64,000 nt of DNA from Cirrosporium novae-zelandiae (GCA_026023565.1 JAPETS010000003.1:248001-312000); one strand, 5' to 3'. Positions 12,844 through 26,466 are shown, counted from the first letter of the stretch. Translations and numbers: made by a program. Notes: a model not told the origin generated them from the letters alone.

Positions 12844-14808
12844 ATGTCTAGTAAGTCGACCCCCTCATCTGCATCTCCTTATATGGTATTGCAGCACACT
12901 CCGACCGGATCCTGGTTTTCTAACCCCTCATTTTAGCCAAACATTTCGTCAATGATCCAACCAAATTGGTTCTGGATTCTCTCCGCTCCCTGACCCTGAC
13001 CAATCCCTCCCTCGCATTCGACTCACAACACAAGATCGTCTATCTGCGCCATTCTGCTCTCAGCAAACCACAAGTATCCATCATCTCCGGCGGAGGCTCC
13101 GGTCATGAGCCTGCTTATGCCGGCTATGTCGGCCGTGGCTTCCTATCCGGCTCTGTGGCTGGTACCATCTTTGCTTCTCCTTCCGCCGAACAAGTATACC
13201 GTGCCATTGTGGATCGAGTGGATAATAGCAAGGGTGTTATTGTCGTCACCATGAACTATACGGGCGATGTCTTGAATTTCGGATTAGCTGTTGAGAGAGC
13301 GAAAGCCAAAGGTGTAAAAGCTGAGCTGGTGGTCATGGCGGATGATGTCGGTGTTGGGCGAAAAAGGGGAGGAAAGGTTGGCAGAAGAGGAATTGCTGGT
13401 GGTATATTGACCTTGAAGATTGCCTGTGCATTGGCTGCCAAGGGGTATGTATAGGCTCCTCTCCTTGGGTGGATGAAAGTAAGGAATACTGATTGAATGA
13501 TCCTCAGGGGCTCCTTTGACGATATCATAAAGCTGGCCAGACAAGTATCAGCAAACACTGTTTCCCTAGGTGCTTCTCTCGAACGAGTACATGTCCCCGG
13601 CCGCGCTCCCCCTGACCCAAATTCGGTCGAGGCGCTCGGATCTAACGAGATTGAACTGGGAATGGGTATTCACAACGAAGCTGGCTCAACACGCGTGACG
13701 CTCACCCTAGACAAACTGATTACCAGAATGCTCTCCGAACTGCTAGACATGACAGACACAGATCGAGCCTTCCTCAAAGTAGACAGTACCGACGAGGTCG
13801 TCCTTGTTGTGAACAACCTTGGTGGCGTTAGTATACTAGAAATGGGTGCTATTGTTGCAGAAGCCGCAAGTCAATTAGAAAAAGACTACGGACTGAAGCC
13901 GGTGAGAGTGTATCAAGGAAACTTCATTACCAGTCTCAACGGGTTGGGCTTTAGCTTGAGTTTGTGCAAATTAGAGGATACAGGGCTGGGGAAAACGAAC
14001 TCGATGTTGGGGCTGCTGGATACCGATACCGAAGTAACCGCCTGGCCGGGTCATGTCAGGGCAGAGACATGGAGTGACAGGGCCGAGGATGCTCAAGAAG
14101 AAATGTTGGCCGAAGAGAAGCCTAAGCCCAGTGGGCTAAAGAGTAAGCCAGCCCTTATATTATACACAGCTATGAAACTAATCCTTTGCAGTTGATCCCA
14201 TAGCGTTTAAGAAAGTTCTCTCCTCCGGCCTTCACAAGGTAATCGCCGCTGAACCTGAAGTAACCAAATACGATACTATTGTTGGAGATGGTGACTGTGG
14301 TATTGGCCTTAAGCGTGGTGCAGAGGCTATTCTTGAAATGCTTGACAAGACGCAGCTCAGCGACGACGCTCTCCTCACCATGTGGCAGATAATACCTGTG
14401 GTGGAAAACAGCATGGATGGAACTTCTGGTGCTCTTTATGCCATATTCCTCAATGCTCTTGCACATGGACTACGCATCCAAGACACAGGAAAAGAAACCG
14501 CAGTAACACCTCAGATATGGGCCGCAGCCCTAAAGACCTCACTGACAAGTCTGGGCAAATATACCCCAGCACAGCCAGGAGATCGAACTCTGATGGACGC
14601 ATTATACCCATACATTCAAACATTTTCTGAAACTGGAGACTTGAAGAAGGCTGCCGTCGCAGGAAGGAAAGGAGCAGATTCCACCCAGGGAATGCGGGCT
14701 AGTTTAGGCAGAACAGTATATGTTGGTGGCGAAGATTGGCAAAAGATTCCAGACCCAGGAGCATATGGACTGGCAGAATTTTTGGAAGGGCTGGCGGACT
14801 CGAACTAA
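12844..14808 (+). CDS. dak1: Dihydroxyacetone kinase (Dak1+Dak2 domains); 4 exons
   Basis: ISGGGSGHEP, NYTGD, GRRGIAG, ELGMGIHNE, GDGDCG, MDGTSGALY, GDRTLMDAL, PDPGA. Introns at 12851-12936, 13445-13507 and 14143-14191. Confidence 0.95.
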
Positions 14809-14969
14809 TCTAATTTATATTATGAAAATTAAGCGATGATAATTTCTCACTGGGTTTGGTTAAACATGCCATTCAATTCATGCCATTTAATTCTTTTATG
14901 AAACTCCTAGACCTAAATATGTCCTTATCATGAAGCCGCAAAGAAACAGTTCCCGTTGTTATAGCAAGT

Positions 14970-15532
14970 TTAGCTCAGCAAAACCAATATCACAGAATCA
15001 CCTCTAAGGAACCTGCTGACGTGTGAGTAAGAGACCAACCATGTTTCAAAGCTTGCATCAAACGTAGAAACAACTCACATCTTGCTAATAAACCGATCCT
15101 TATTTACTGGCCTTCCCTTCTTTCCATTGCTTAATCTGGGTGTCTCTGTCCACATTTCCTTGACATTCTCCAGAACCATATTGCAGTGCCTATCAAACGC
15201 CTTCACCCGTGCCAAGAGTTTCCTGTTGTTTCGGCAAGATATCAGGACTTGAGTGTGGGAGCGCACGGCAGTTTGAAGGATGGATAGCGGGCCGGATGAC
15301 AATTCATGCTCCTCGACCAGGGAGACTTCATATTCACTGTTGCCTAGAGAGTTAGTGGATTTCAAACCAGGAGGTTGTGGGCGGGAGGAAATGTGATGGA
15401 AAGATGGCCATACGTGAGCTCGTTGCGCGGCTTGGCTAAGAGATCTCTGCGAAAAAGTTAGTAATAATGGGGGGATAAGATGGGGTAGAATGATATGGAT
15501 GAGTCATACTGTATTTTTGCAGTGTCAGCCAT
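14970..15532 (-). CDS. smd2: Small nuclear ribonucleoprotein Sm D2; multi-exon
   Basis: [48 protein letters not shown]...KDRFISKM / [13 protein letters not shown]. Confidence 0.96.
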
Positions 15533-15760
15533 GGTGTGTAGATATAAAAGCAAAGGTTTCGCTGTTTTGTTGTGCTGGATGTTCTCAGCTTCTCTATCTT
15601 GTGAGCATTCTTTTTCGACTGAGGTTCGGGTAATTAGACTAAATCCAAATCGGGAGTTAGCGGCTAAATATCTTGGAACGTGTTGATTGGAGGGCCTTAA
15701 CAGTTGAGCCGCTTACACAATTGATTCTCCGCGACTTGGTCCGTGCTCCGTGCACTCACG

Positions 15761-15791
15761 ACGCGAACATCGGGTTGAATATCCAACGCGT
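15761..15791. promoter_or_regulatory. Candidate MCB (MBF-binding) boxes in the smd2/ams2 divergent promoter
   Basis: ACGCGA at 15761 and ACGCGT at 15786, about 310-340 bp upstream of the Ams2-like gene. Confidence 0.4.
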
Positions 15792-16097
15792 TGAATCTCC
15801 ATAACCCCTTCGTCTCGTCACGAAGCCATCACCACCAATTCCACGGTGGCTGGTGTTGAAACATTTGATGACTTGTTACGTATATGAAATCTCATCACTT
15901 CTAGTTCAATTAATTCATCTCTCTACCATGTAATCTCAAAACCCTATTTTATACACGTCAAATTTGAGTACCTACTTCACGTCAACAAGACCCGTGAAGA
16001 GGTTCCCATAGCCTCTACGACAACGATTTGCTCAATTTCGTCCAAACTGGATTCATTTTCACCTCAATTCCTTATCTCTCTCTGTTAAGAGTATGCA

Positions 16098-19000
16098 ATG
16101 CTCCCTACCTTCCCGACATCCCAATACATTATTTCGCCAATTTCTCCCAGTAACAACTCACCTAACACTGTCGACGCGATGGAAGAAGGCGTCAGTAGTC
16201 GGCCTATGAAATGTAGGTGCTTTTTTTATTCTTCATATCTTTTGAGCATTTCAATTGATCAAAAACTAGTGAAAATATTATACACCTTTGATCAGGATAG
16301 CAAGGTCAATTGTCTCGCAAGATGTAGCCAAGTTTTAGATGTCCGCACAGCCTTTCTCGACGAACGAACTCAGATTGGCGTTGTCGACCTGAAGACATGC
16401 ATCCAAACTGTTCTGAATGCTAGGTACGGTCCAATATCTATTAGATTCGCTATAGGTTCTACGAATAATTTGGGAGGCACCTCGATCTAACTTTTCCTAG
16501 CCCTGAACTTGTTGCCGACCTGGGCAATGATTATACTGTTTATGCATATGACTATTCAGAGGAAGACACTCCTCTTGTCGGACAAGGAATGCTTTCTCGA
16601 ATCCTCGCCTCAACCGATTGCTCATCAACAGGTCAACTGATCACCGGTCGTGTATCAAAAAATGCGCTAGGGGGGCTGTTGTCAAAAGGCACCCAGGAAA
16701 CCCTAGAAGTAAAATTACGTCTCACTCCGGTTCCTTCAACTTTCCAATATGATTTCCTTGACAACATGAGAAAATATCGGGAATTCGGCAAATTTATTCC
16801 GGGAGAGTATGATGCGGGTGCATGGTCAGCATTTCTAGAAGCCAACCCCAGCTTGGGGCAACAAAACACAACAATGGCTCCGTCGACTTCGAATTTTCAG
16901 CCTCAAAGAACTGGGAGCGGAATGGAGATGGTTCAGCAAATCCTTAGTGAAGCCTCTACTCCGATGGACTTCAATGACGCAGATCATATCATGTCCGGTC
17001 TTGACACAGCCGTACGTCCCTATTCACCATATACTGGGAGCCATCCAAGTCGCACTGCAAGTCCTGCCTTCAACCTCCAACAGACCCTTAATTCTTTCAA
17101 TAACAAAAACCCTACGTATTATCAGCCATCATCGCCTGCGCCAAATCATATACCAACAAATGATATCAACGACGATGGATTCGAAGAGGGTCCTTCGAAG
17201 AAACGGGCAAAGCTTGTGAAAGCAGATTGGCCTGTACAAGGCACTATTGCTCATCAGCCGGAATCCCTCAGGGTTGTTGCAAGCACTGCTGCTTCCATTA
17301 GAGTCCATCGACCTACCCCGGTTCGGCCCGGAGGATTAGGCAACCTTGAGGAGCCACCACGCGCTCCCACACCTATCCCAAAACCCTCAAATGATATGCA
17401 ACGACGGACCTGCACATCTGCCGTCAGCAATCTACGGCAGGAGTCATCTGAAACAACTCCCCCAACACCCTACCATACACCATATCTGCCTATCCCAGAA
17501 ACTAGGCTACCAGAGTCTGCAATGACATCGCCTGAAAATTCTCGATCGGGGAGCAATCATGCAACGCCTACAAATATCCCTTCGTCTCCGCCAGTAATGC
17601 GTACGTCTCCGTGTCCTTCTAGCCCAGCACTGCCTACACTGCCTCCCGATTCAGGCTTCATGAGTGGCACCTTGGATGACCTTTTCAACGACGATGATGA
17701 GGAAAGGCCGATAGATGACGATGATCTAGAGGTTGCTTCTCATTATAGAAGAAGGGCTAATCTGCCCACATGTTCTAAATCACAGCGAATGGATGAAATA
17801 TTCCCAGGTGTTGAAAACCCGTCAGGCGACATGCAACCAAAACAAGCCCAGCAGGCAAGTGCAGTGTCAGATAACCAGTCAGGAAGACCAGCTTGCAATG
17901 TGACGAAGCTGATGAGTGACGCACCGTCTCATCCTGTTGATACTAGGCCTATACAGAAGGTTCGTCCATTCGCCAGGACCCAATCTACGAGCTGCCTTCC
18001 TTCTGTTGTAGCCAGCGACCCTATTGGCCCCCGCTCCACTGCCCTTCGTCGGGCCCAATCTACTATTGGCGAAATGGCCCCGCATCCAATGTCAGATATT
18101 GGGACACCAACCTTCAATTCATTAGAACGGTCTAGACAACCCCGCAGCGGCTCCGGATCTAAGCGTAGGCAAAGAATTGAAGAAAACCTGAAACAAGCAA
18201 TCAGCGCCGGTGAAATGCCTCAATTTTGTAGCAACTGCGGAACATTAGATCCACCAACATGGAGGAAAGCATTTGAGAGATTGCATAGCGGATCAATGGA
18301 GCAAGTCAAGGTTTCCAACAATGATCCATGTGGAATCAAGGCTTGTCAGGTTCTTGAACGAGATGAGAAAGGAGATGTTAAAATTTTCAAGATTATCAAG
18401 AAACAGTTGTATCCTGGAGAAACGGGCTTCACGCAAATTCATTTATGTAATCCATGTGGACTTTGGCTGCAAAAGACGAACACAATGAGACCGCAGGAGA
18501 AGTGGAACCGAAGGAAAAAGGAACCTGATGATAAGAAGAAACGCAAGAGGGGTGGTAGCGGGAAGAACAACGATGCAAACGGAAGTGCTATGAACAATAG
18601 GAGTAGGAGACCATCGACTATTTCGAGAGGAGATGGTTCATCCCCCAGCGAGATGGAAGTGCAGACGAGCCCCGAGAAGGGAGACCAGCAAGATGAGAAT
18701 CAGCAATGGGAACCCCGCTCTCGCTCACAGCCCACCCAAAAGCGTCCTACAAACAGCCCAAGCACCGAAAACGATCGTGTTGGCAAGTCTAATGCCAACA
18801 CCCATCAATCTACCAACAACCGTGACCTTAACGCTACGAGCATACAAATTGTAGCCCAATCCAGTCCCATTCGTGCACCTAGTTCCAGCGGCGTAGGCTC
18901 CTCGGAGCACGACCCGATCGAAATCGATGATCACGATCTAACACCGAGACCCACGAGAAGGTTACTTTTCCCTAGTCCAAGACAGGACGGAGGAATGAAG

Positions 19001-19765
19001 ACATTGGAGTATAAGAGTTCTAGCCTAAATGGAGGTTCAAGCTCCAATTCTACTCCTAGGACATCAACAATGAACGGGTCGCTTGCTATTGCCGATCCTC
19101 CTACGCCTTTGCGCCGTAGTCCTAGACTCAACAAAAACAACGACCTGGACTCAATTATAGATAAAGAAAATATGCCACCCCCTCAACTCCATAGCCTCTC
19201 AGCTTTTGAGGTCGAACATCCAAATTCGGACCTCTCTTACCTCTTCGAGGGGTCCCCTTTGATTTCTAGTCCTAGCAGAAACACCCACCCCCCTCGCCCG
19301 ACAACCCCCACACCTACAAAGTCTACCTTAAATGGCACTATCTTAAAAACTCCCATCTCAAAATCTAAATCCCCGTCCAAATCCAAATCCAAATCCACGC
19401 ACTCCAAAAAGCCCCCACGTACTCCCAAAAACAAACTCTCAAAATCTCCTAGCAAGACGCCCCGCTCCGCAGCTGGGGAACTCACCCCCTTCACTGCGGA
19501 ACTAGGAAGGCTTCTTGCGCAAGCAAATTCCCAGAGCAGTCCCATGGGCGCACTGTTCTCGGATGTTGATTTCGACCTTGGGGCTGTTGTTGGAGGGGTA
19601 GACCTGTTTGGAGGGGAGTTGATTAGAGCTGACGATGATGGGGAAAAGGAGAATGGAAGTGGGAAGTGGTGGGGAAGTCCTGATGCTATTGCGGGGGGTA
19701 AGGTGGAAGAGGGCATATTAAAGGAGGTTGATGGGAATGGGAGTGCAAATGCAAATGCGAAGTAG
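16098..19765 (+). CDS. ams2: Ams2/Spt21-like GATA-type transcription factor; 3 exons
   Basis: N-terminal VKILYTFD..CLAR..IGVVDLKTCI..SPELV..DYTVYAYDYSEEDTPLVGQGMLS. Split GATA finger CSNCGT..PPTWRK...LCNPCGLWL; Ser/Pro-rich remainder. Confidence 0.85.
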
Positions 19766-19860
19766 ATGGGAAGGGGAGGGGTAGTTCACTGAACTACTAT
19801 TTGATGATTGATTGATTTAAATACTTAATACCCCAATTCTTGATTCCTGATGAGAACGAT

Positions 19861-19992
19861 GGCATGGCATGGCACCGGTGTTTATTGACCGAGAGGCAAA
19901 GGGAAAAGAATCCAGAATCACATTTACACAGGAACGACAGGAATGGGTTATGGGATTTAGCATGGTATGGTATGGTATGGTATGGTATGGCA
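19861..19992. repeat. Pentanucleotide microsatellites (GGCAT)n and (GGTAT)n
   Basis: GGCATGGCATGGCA at 19861 and ATGGTATGGTATGGTATGGTATGGTATGG at about 19962-19990. Confidence 0.8.
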
Positions 19993-20762
19993 TTAAGCGT
20001 AATGAATGAGTTTAAGCAAGCGAGTGATTTAATGTGTTGGATTAGGATAGATTAGAATTTAGTTTTGGATTGAAATAAAACGCAAATGAACTGAAAGAAG
20101 AAAAAAAAACATTTCAAGATAGTTGAGTGATTGGAGTAGATATTTGTTTCGTTTTAATGGGGGTTTATTTGGTTTGGGTAGAGTTAGAAAGTATAAAAAA
20201 ATAAAGTTGGATAATTATCACTTTGTTTGTATTAGGAAAGGATCAGGATTAATTAGTCCTTTTCTTCATGCAATATGCAAATACGTGATAGAAGACAAAG
20301 AAACCATGTACTGCACTTAGATATATAACAAAAAGAAGCTCTAACTTTCAAGAACCAAAACCCAAAACCCAAAAATTAAGGGTATCTATTCCCTATTTTA
20401 TAATAACTTGTAACTTGATATGTTAGTTAACACTTGCACACTTACTTTGCTTAGTTATTCTAATTAAGATTTTTATTAAATCTGATCTGATTTGATCGCG
20501 TTTGTTTTTTTCTTTTTTTTTTACTTAGTAGGCTAGGTAGAGGGTAGAAGTAAGTGGATCGATCGACAGATATAGATAGATATGAGCAGATAGACATGGA
20601 CAGACTAGTTAGTTTAGTTGGTTGCGCAAAGGAAGGAAGAGGTCATTTAGTAAATGAATGAATATTCAATCAATCCATCCATCTATTCATTCATTCAGCA
20701 ACCCCTCCCACTCAGCCCCCATCCCTATCCCATCTCTATCCCTAGATCTCTCCGATCCAACC

Positions 20763-21484
20763 CTAATACCCTATGCTCCCGCCCAAGCCCCCGCCCATGC
20801 CCCCACCTATACCCCCACCCATACCCATTTCCCCTTCCTCCGTATCCGCATAGAATATCTCTTTGCATCGGTGGTTCACGTCTATTAGGGCGTCGATGGC
20901 TGCGAAGTCTAAAAAGTGGGGGAGAAGGGGGGGATGTTAGTTATGGTCTGTGGTTGATGTTGGTGGGAGGAGGTAGGAGGGGAGGTGAAGGGGTTGGAGT
21001 GTATAAGGAGGGGGAGTAGAGATGGTTAAATGAGGAGGGGGGGAGGTATCCAACACACGCATACCAATATCATTCCCCCAATTAGTAGCCTGAAAAACCT
21101 TAATACTTAAATCCTGTTGGACCTTTCCCACAATCTCTACTGCAGAACCCATGCTAATATGCGCGTCCTATTTTTTTTTAAAAAAAACCCCCAATGGGGG
21201 TAAGAATATGTTAGACTCTCCATTTACCATTCATTGTCTCATTTTAGTTTGTTTGTGTGTGTGTGTGTGAAATGTATATTTCTCTTCTTCTCCAGAAAAA
21301 AAAAACATACACACGCAGGTTCTGACGACGAACTCACCCGATTCAAATGGACAGTTACACTTCCCCCGGCATCAATGGTAGCTTCTTCCCCGCGGAGATC
21401 CGTCACTTTTCCGACGAGACGGACGGTTTGGAGGGAGAAGTCCTGGAGATAGGAGGCATTTATTCGTGGGGTTACTTCTGTCAT
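20763..21484 (-). CDS. ssb3: Replication protein A 14 kDa subunit (RPA3/Ssb3); 3 exons, Gly/Met-rich C-terminal extension
   Basis: MTEVTPRINASYLQDFSLQTVRLVGKVTDLRGEEATIDAGG / DAHISMGSAVEIVGKVQQDLSIKVFQATNWG / DFAAIDALIDVNHRCKEIFY. Confidence 0.9.
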
Positions 21485-21711
21485 TTTTTTTGAGGTTGGT
21501 GGTTGCAGTAGTAGTAGTAGTAGTAGTAACAGTAGTAGAGAGAGACGGGTAGCGAGATGTTGGCTGGCTGGCTGTTGCAAACAATGTTGGGTTAAGGTGG
21601 TGAGGGTGGGGGGGGATAAGGTTGAAAGATAGTGGTCGTGGTGGAGAGAGCTTTGGGACTTTACTGTGTAGCTAGGTAGATAATAGAATAAGCTGTGGGG
21701 TAGCCAGCAGG

Positions 21712-21717
21712 ACGCGT
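21712..21717. promoter_or_regulatory. Candidate MCB box upstream of RPA3
   Basis: Exact ACGCGT about 230 bp upstream of the ATG at 21484. Confidence 0.4.
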
Positions 21718-22102
21718 TAAGGTTTGAAAGCGGTGTCACGTGGTTGGGTTAATTACATCATTTCCCTGGATTAGCTGTGTTTAGCTAGCTCCCGTTAATT
21801 AGTCTATATATTTCCTCGAATTACATGTAGGGCTAAGGAATGTGACCTTGGGGAGGTCATTGGAAAAATCAGAATAATTCTCCATGGCTGGTTTTGCATG
21901 GTTTATATTTGGTATTTCAGCCCCTATTAATAGATATATATAGATATATATATAAGACATACCGCCTTGAGCTCTCTCTCTTGCACAAAATAAGATTCTA
22001 AAACATGTCTACAAATGAATAGCTTCAACTAGTAGACTTCGGGACGGAAACCAACTTTACAGCATAGCAACAACATGTCGAACAATCTCTCAGCCCGCTA
22101 TA

Positions 22103-22251
22103 CTTTCGACGGGTAGAAATGAAAGCGGCCAGACCTCCAAAATAAAACTAGAATAATGACACTAAAGAGGCCCTCAAACAACATCAATTTTCAATAATAA
22201 TTCAATTGAAGGCCTCCCTAAGACCACTTTCATTTCTTCCCTCGTCAAAAG
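22103..22251. mobile_element. MITE-like element, TIR type A (short form), TA on both flanks
   Basis: TA|CTTTCGACGGGTAGAAATGAAAG ... CTTTCATTTCTTCCCTCGTCAAAAG|TA, with internal GAGGCCCTCAAAC / TTGAAGGCCTCCC. Confidence 0.85.
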
Positions 22252-22574
22252 TATACATAATGAAACACGATGGAGGGCTAGACACATACACATACCTAGT
22301 ACCTAGTATCTAGGTAGGTAAATAACGAAATCACATTCCAGTATTCTAAATAAAGAAATATAAAAACCTCCTTAATGACAGCTTCGCATTCTCATTCTCG
22401 CTTAATTTCATAATGTCACTCGGCTCGGGAAGGGGCCAACGACAATCCCGATGTGCCTTATCACCACCTCACCTCACTCTATCAACCCTATTTACGGAGA
22501 TATTCACTCATAGTTTATTCTACTAGACATTCTATCTAGCTTCTGTCGAAAAAAAAACTACTACAAATTCGAGT

Positions 22575-25500
22575 ATGTCAGCAAAGTTTCCAAATGACTG
22601 TCCGTCGGCCGCTTGCTGCTCAATTGAGAGTGGTCATTCAACCCCAAAGTATCGGAAGAGATGCTGTAATACAGATGATGAACCGACCAAGGGTTGCTGT
22701 GATAAAGAGGAAAAGGAGATAAAAACTTGTCCTAGATGTGACTTTGAGCATAGAAGGGAAGGAGCTGCTTGCTGTGACGGTAGAATTAGTCGTGTCGTTA
22801 TAATGAATATATACTGATTTTTAATAGAATCCTGCCTCAAAAGGTTAGCAATTAGAGAATGCAGGGAAAACTGCAGTGAAAGCTGCCGGTCGCAAGTTGC
22901 CCAGCAAAGTAAATCCAATCGCTACGTACGATGAGGTAGAAAATTGCTAACTTCTATGTAGTGAAACCCTCGGCTGGTTCCAGATCCTCCCTTCAGAAGG
23001 AAGACGCGGATTCAGTAGCATGCAGTTATCATATAAACAAGACTCGCAAGCAATATGCGCCTTCATTGGAAGCTCTTGGGTGCATTTGCAAGGCTTTGTT
23101 AGCACGCAACCTGGAGTCTTGTTGTTCTATTCTACCACGAGGATATCTTGAGGCAGCCAAGCGTGAATCAAATGTTAGTCTTTCGCGCTCCCCGTCAATG
23201 CGATCCGGACAAACACAGACATCTTGTGCGGGGAAATCTGGCTCGGATTGTTGCAGTAACGGGAATGATGCACGTGCAATAATTCCGAAGAAGCGGTGCA
23301 ATTCTAGGAGAGACTCTTGTAGCACGCATGAAAGGTCATGTTCAGGCCAGGGCTGTTGCAGCCGGTTTGAAGGGAAGCGAACACCTGCCAAAGTTTCTGC
23401 CGAGAACAATTGTTCTAACCATGGGTATTGTGCGTCATCCGAAAGCCAAAAAGATCGATATAGATCGAAGCTGGAACAGATATCCAAGGGGACAGAACCT
23501 GCAACAAGCGTTAGCGACGTCGAAAAGGGCCCATCCACGTTTGAACATGTTATTCTTAGCATCCAAGGAATGACCTGTACGGGCTGTGAAACGAAGCTTT
23601 TCAATACTCTTTCCAGCACTCGGTCGATTGCGAATCTCCAAACTAGTCTTGTGCTCTCTCGAGCTGAGTTTGATATCGATATTAGCGTGGTTTCTATCAA
23701 TGATGTTGTTGCTCAACTTGAGAGGATGACCGACTTCAGTTGTGAAATAATCACCAACAAGGGTCAGGTGTTGGATGTCTTGATCGTAGGCGATCCAAAT
23801 GCATTTCTCAACCAAGCACTACCGCCTGGAGTCACTCATATGACCTTGGTAAACGACAAAACCGTGCGCATATACTACGATGCAAAGTCTATTGGTGCAA
23901 GAGACCTCCTAGAACAAAGTTTTAACTCTCCTCTTCAACTTGCACCTCCCCATCCCCATCCTTCTGTTGCGGCTGGGAAGACATACCTCCGCAAGGTCAA
24001 GTTCATGACGCTTCTTTCAGCGATTTTAACAATTCCTGTCCTTATTCTTTCTTGGGCACCACTTCCAGAACGTGATATTCTTTATGGTTCTGTGTCGCTT
24101 GCGTTGGCGACAGCGATTCAGGTTATTATTGCTGGACCCTTTTACCCGAGTGCCCTTAAAAGTTTGTTGTTTGCTCGAGTGATTGAAATGGATCTTCTGA
24201 TCGTGCTGAGCACAAGTACAGCATATATCTTCTCAGTCGTTGCATTTGGATGTCTGGTAAAAGGTTATCCGCTTTCAACTGGTGAATTCTTTGAAACAAG
24301 CACCCTGCTTGTAACATTGATCATGGTTGGTCGATTTGTCAGTGCTTTGGCGCGTCAGAAGGCCGTTGAATCAGTCTCGATCAGGGCTTTACAACCTACC
24401 ACCGCTCTTGTTATCAACGACCAGGGCGAGAAGGAGATCGATGCACGTCTGCTGCAGTATGGGGATATTTTAAAAATTGTTCCAGAGTCTCGAGTCACGA
24501 CTGATGGAACAGTCATTTCAGGGACATCTGAAATGGATGAGTCAATGGTGACAGGCGAAGCAAGACCCATCGAAAAGGCCGTCGGATCTTCCGTGATTGC
24601 CGGCTCTGTAAATGGCTCAGGGTCTCTAGGTGTTCGAGTCACTCGTTTGCCTGGGGATAATACAATTAGCACAATCGCAGGCATGGTCGATGAAGCTAGG
24701 CTATCGAAACCGAAGACTCAAGAAATCGCTGATCGTGTGGCTGGATATTTTGTTCCTGTTGTTGTCACGCTTACTATCATCACATTCGTCACCTGGATTG
24801 CGATTAGTATTGTAATTCGCAATCAGACTACGTCGGATGCTGCAGTTCAAGCCCTCACCTTTGCTATTGCCGTACTAATTGTATCCTGCCCTTGTGCTAT
24901 TGGTCTGGCCGTACCTATGGTGATTGTTGTCGCTGGGGGTGTTGCTGCGGAACGAGGTGTTATTTGTAAAACGGCTGAAGCTATTGAAATCGCCAGGAAA
25001 GTATCCCATGTTGTATTTGATAAAACGGGGACTCTTACTCAAGGCAAGCTTGTTGTTTCTGCAGAGGAGTATCTGAAAGGTTCTAAAAGTGAAACGGATG
25101 CCCTCCTGTTAGGCCTCGTTTCGAGCATCAAGCATCCCGTTTCTATTGCCATGGCGCATCACCTGAAGAAACAAGGCGTAAGACCGGCTAACCTTGATAA
25201 TATCAAGACTGTAGCTGGTAAAGGAATTGAGGGGGTGGTGAATGGAATTACCATCCGTGCTGGAAATTCTCGGTGGTTAGGTATTGAATTCCTACCCCAA
25301 GTTCAATGTCTCTACTCTAAAGGATTCACCGTTTTCTGTGTCTTGGTCGACAATGAAGTGCACGCCATCTTTAGCCTCGAAGACTCTCTTCGTCCCGAAG
25401 CTATTTCTGTTGTTTCCTCATTAATCTCGACGGGCATTACCGTCTCCATCGTGAGCGGTGATGATGACGGTGCCGTGCAGTCGATCGCCAAAGCACTTTG

Positions 25501-25933
25501 CGTTCCACAAACCAATGTCAAATCCCGCTGTTCCCCTGGCGACAAGCAAAAGTATGTCCAAGAACTCATCAGTGATAGTGAGGACGTGATTATATTCTGC
25601 GGGGACGGTACAAACGATGCTGTCGCCCTCGCCCAAGCCAGTGTGGGCGTGCATATGAATCAAGGTTCTGATGTGGCGCAGAATGCTGCCAATGTTGTCC
25701 TCGTTCGCCCTTCCCTCACTGGAGTACTCACCCTGATACACATTTCGCGCGCATCCTACATCCGCATCGTTTTCAACTTCCTGTGGGCGTTCGTCTACAA
25801 CATCTTTGCTATCTTACTTGCCGCCGGAGCTTTTGTTGATTTTCGCATTCCACCCAAGTATGCGGGGTTGGGCGAGATTGTCAGCGTGCTTCCAGTTATT
25901 GCGATTGCATTACAGCTCAAGTATGCTAAATAA
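22575..25933 (+). CDS. P1B-type heavy-metal (Cu/Cd) exporting ATPase, CrpA/Pca1-like; 3 exons
   Basis: Cys-Cys-rich N-terminus, HMA GMTCTGC, TGE, SCPCA, DKTGTLT, HP, GDGTND and YN motifs. Confidence 0.95.
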
Positions 25934-26256
25934 GCTTGATGGGAAATGAGAGCTGGTGCGTGGGAGTGTTTGATTGTTCAGGGGGGTTGGTGGGAGGATA
26001 AGGAAAAGTCTAGTTAGGTACTGCACAGCACAGTACATGTAGTAAGTGATTTATTTGATAGGTGTCACAGTCACAAAGACCATAACCATCCAACCCTAAC
26101 ATGACCCGTGCATCACGCACGCCCTTACAAAGTACTTAACCTCAAGATAATTAGAAAGCCCGAGACCCTTCGGCCTAAGTAGGCAAGCGCTCTTACCTTA
26201 CAGTAAAACCTTCCAAAGAAAAAATTTCAGCTTTTTTCAAATAAACCACTTACCTA

Positions 26257-26466
26257 CCATGCAGGTCCCAAAATAAAGAGGACTCATAAATTCCTTTCCC
26301 TGAGCCAGCCTACGTGCCTACCCAACACTACGCCCACCCTCCAAAAAAAGATCCTAGGGAGGCCTTCAAACACAATCAACTCTGAATTTCAATAATAATT
26401 CAATTTGAAGGCCTCCCCAAAGTCCTAGAATATTGTGAGTCCCGTTTATTTTGGGACCCGCGTGCC
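26257..26466. mobile_element. MITE-like element, TIR type B
   Basis: TA|CCATGCAGGTCCCAAAATAAAGAGGACTCA ... TGAGTCCCGTTTATTTTGGGACCCGCGTGCC|TA, with internal GGGAGGCCTTCAAAC / TTTGAAGGCCTCCCC. Confidence 0.82.

Noticed and set aside
23029..23700. Long antisense and alternative-frame ORFs over the ATPase and other genes (also 9790-10143, 19237-19716, 34605-35057)
   Set aside because: They shadow well-supported genes and have no recognisable motifs.
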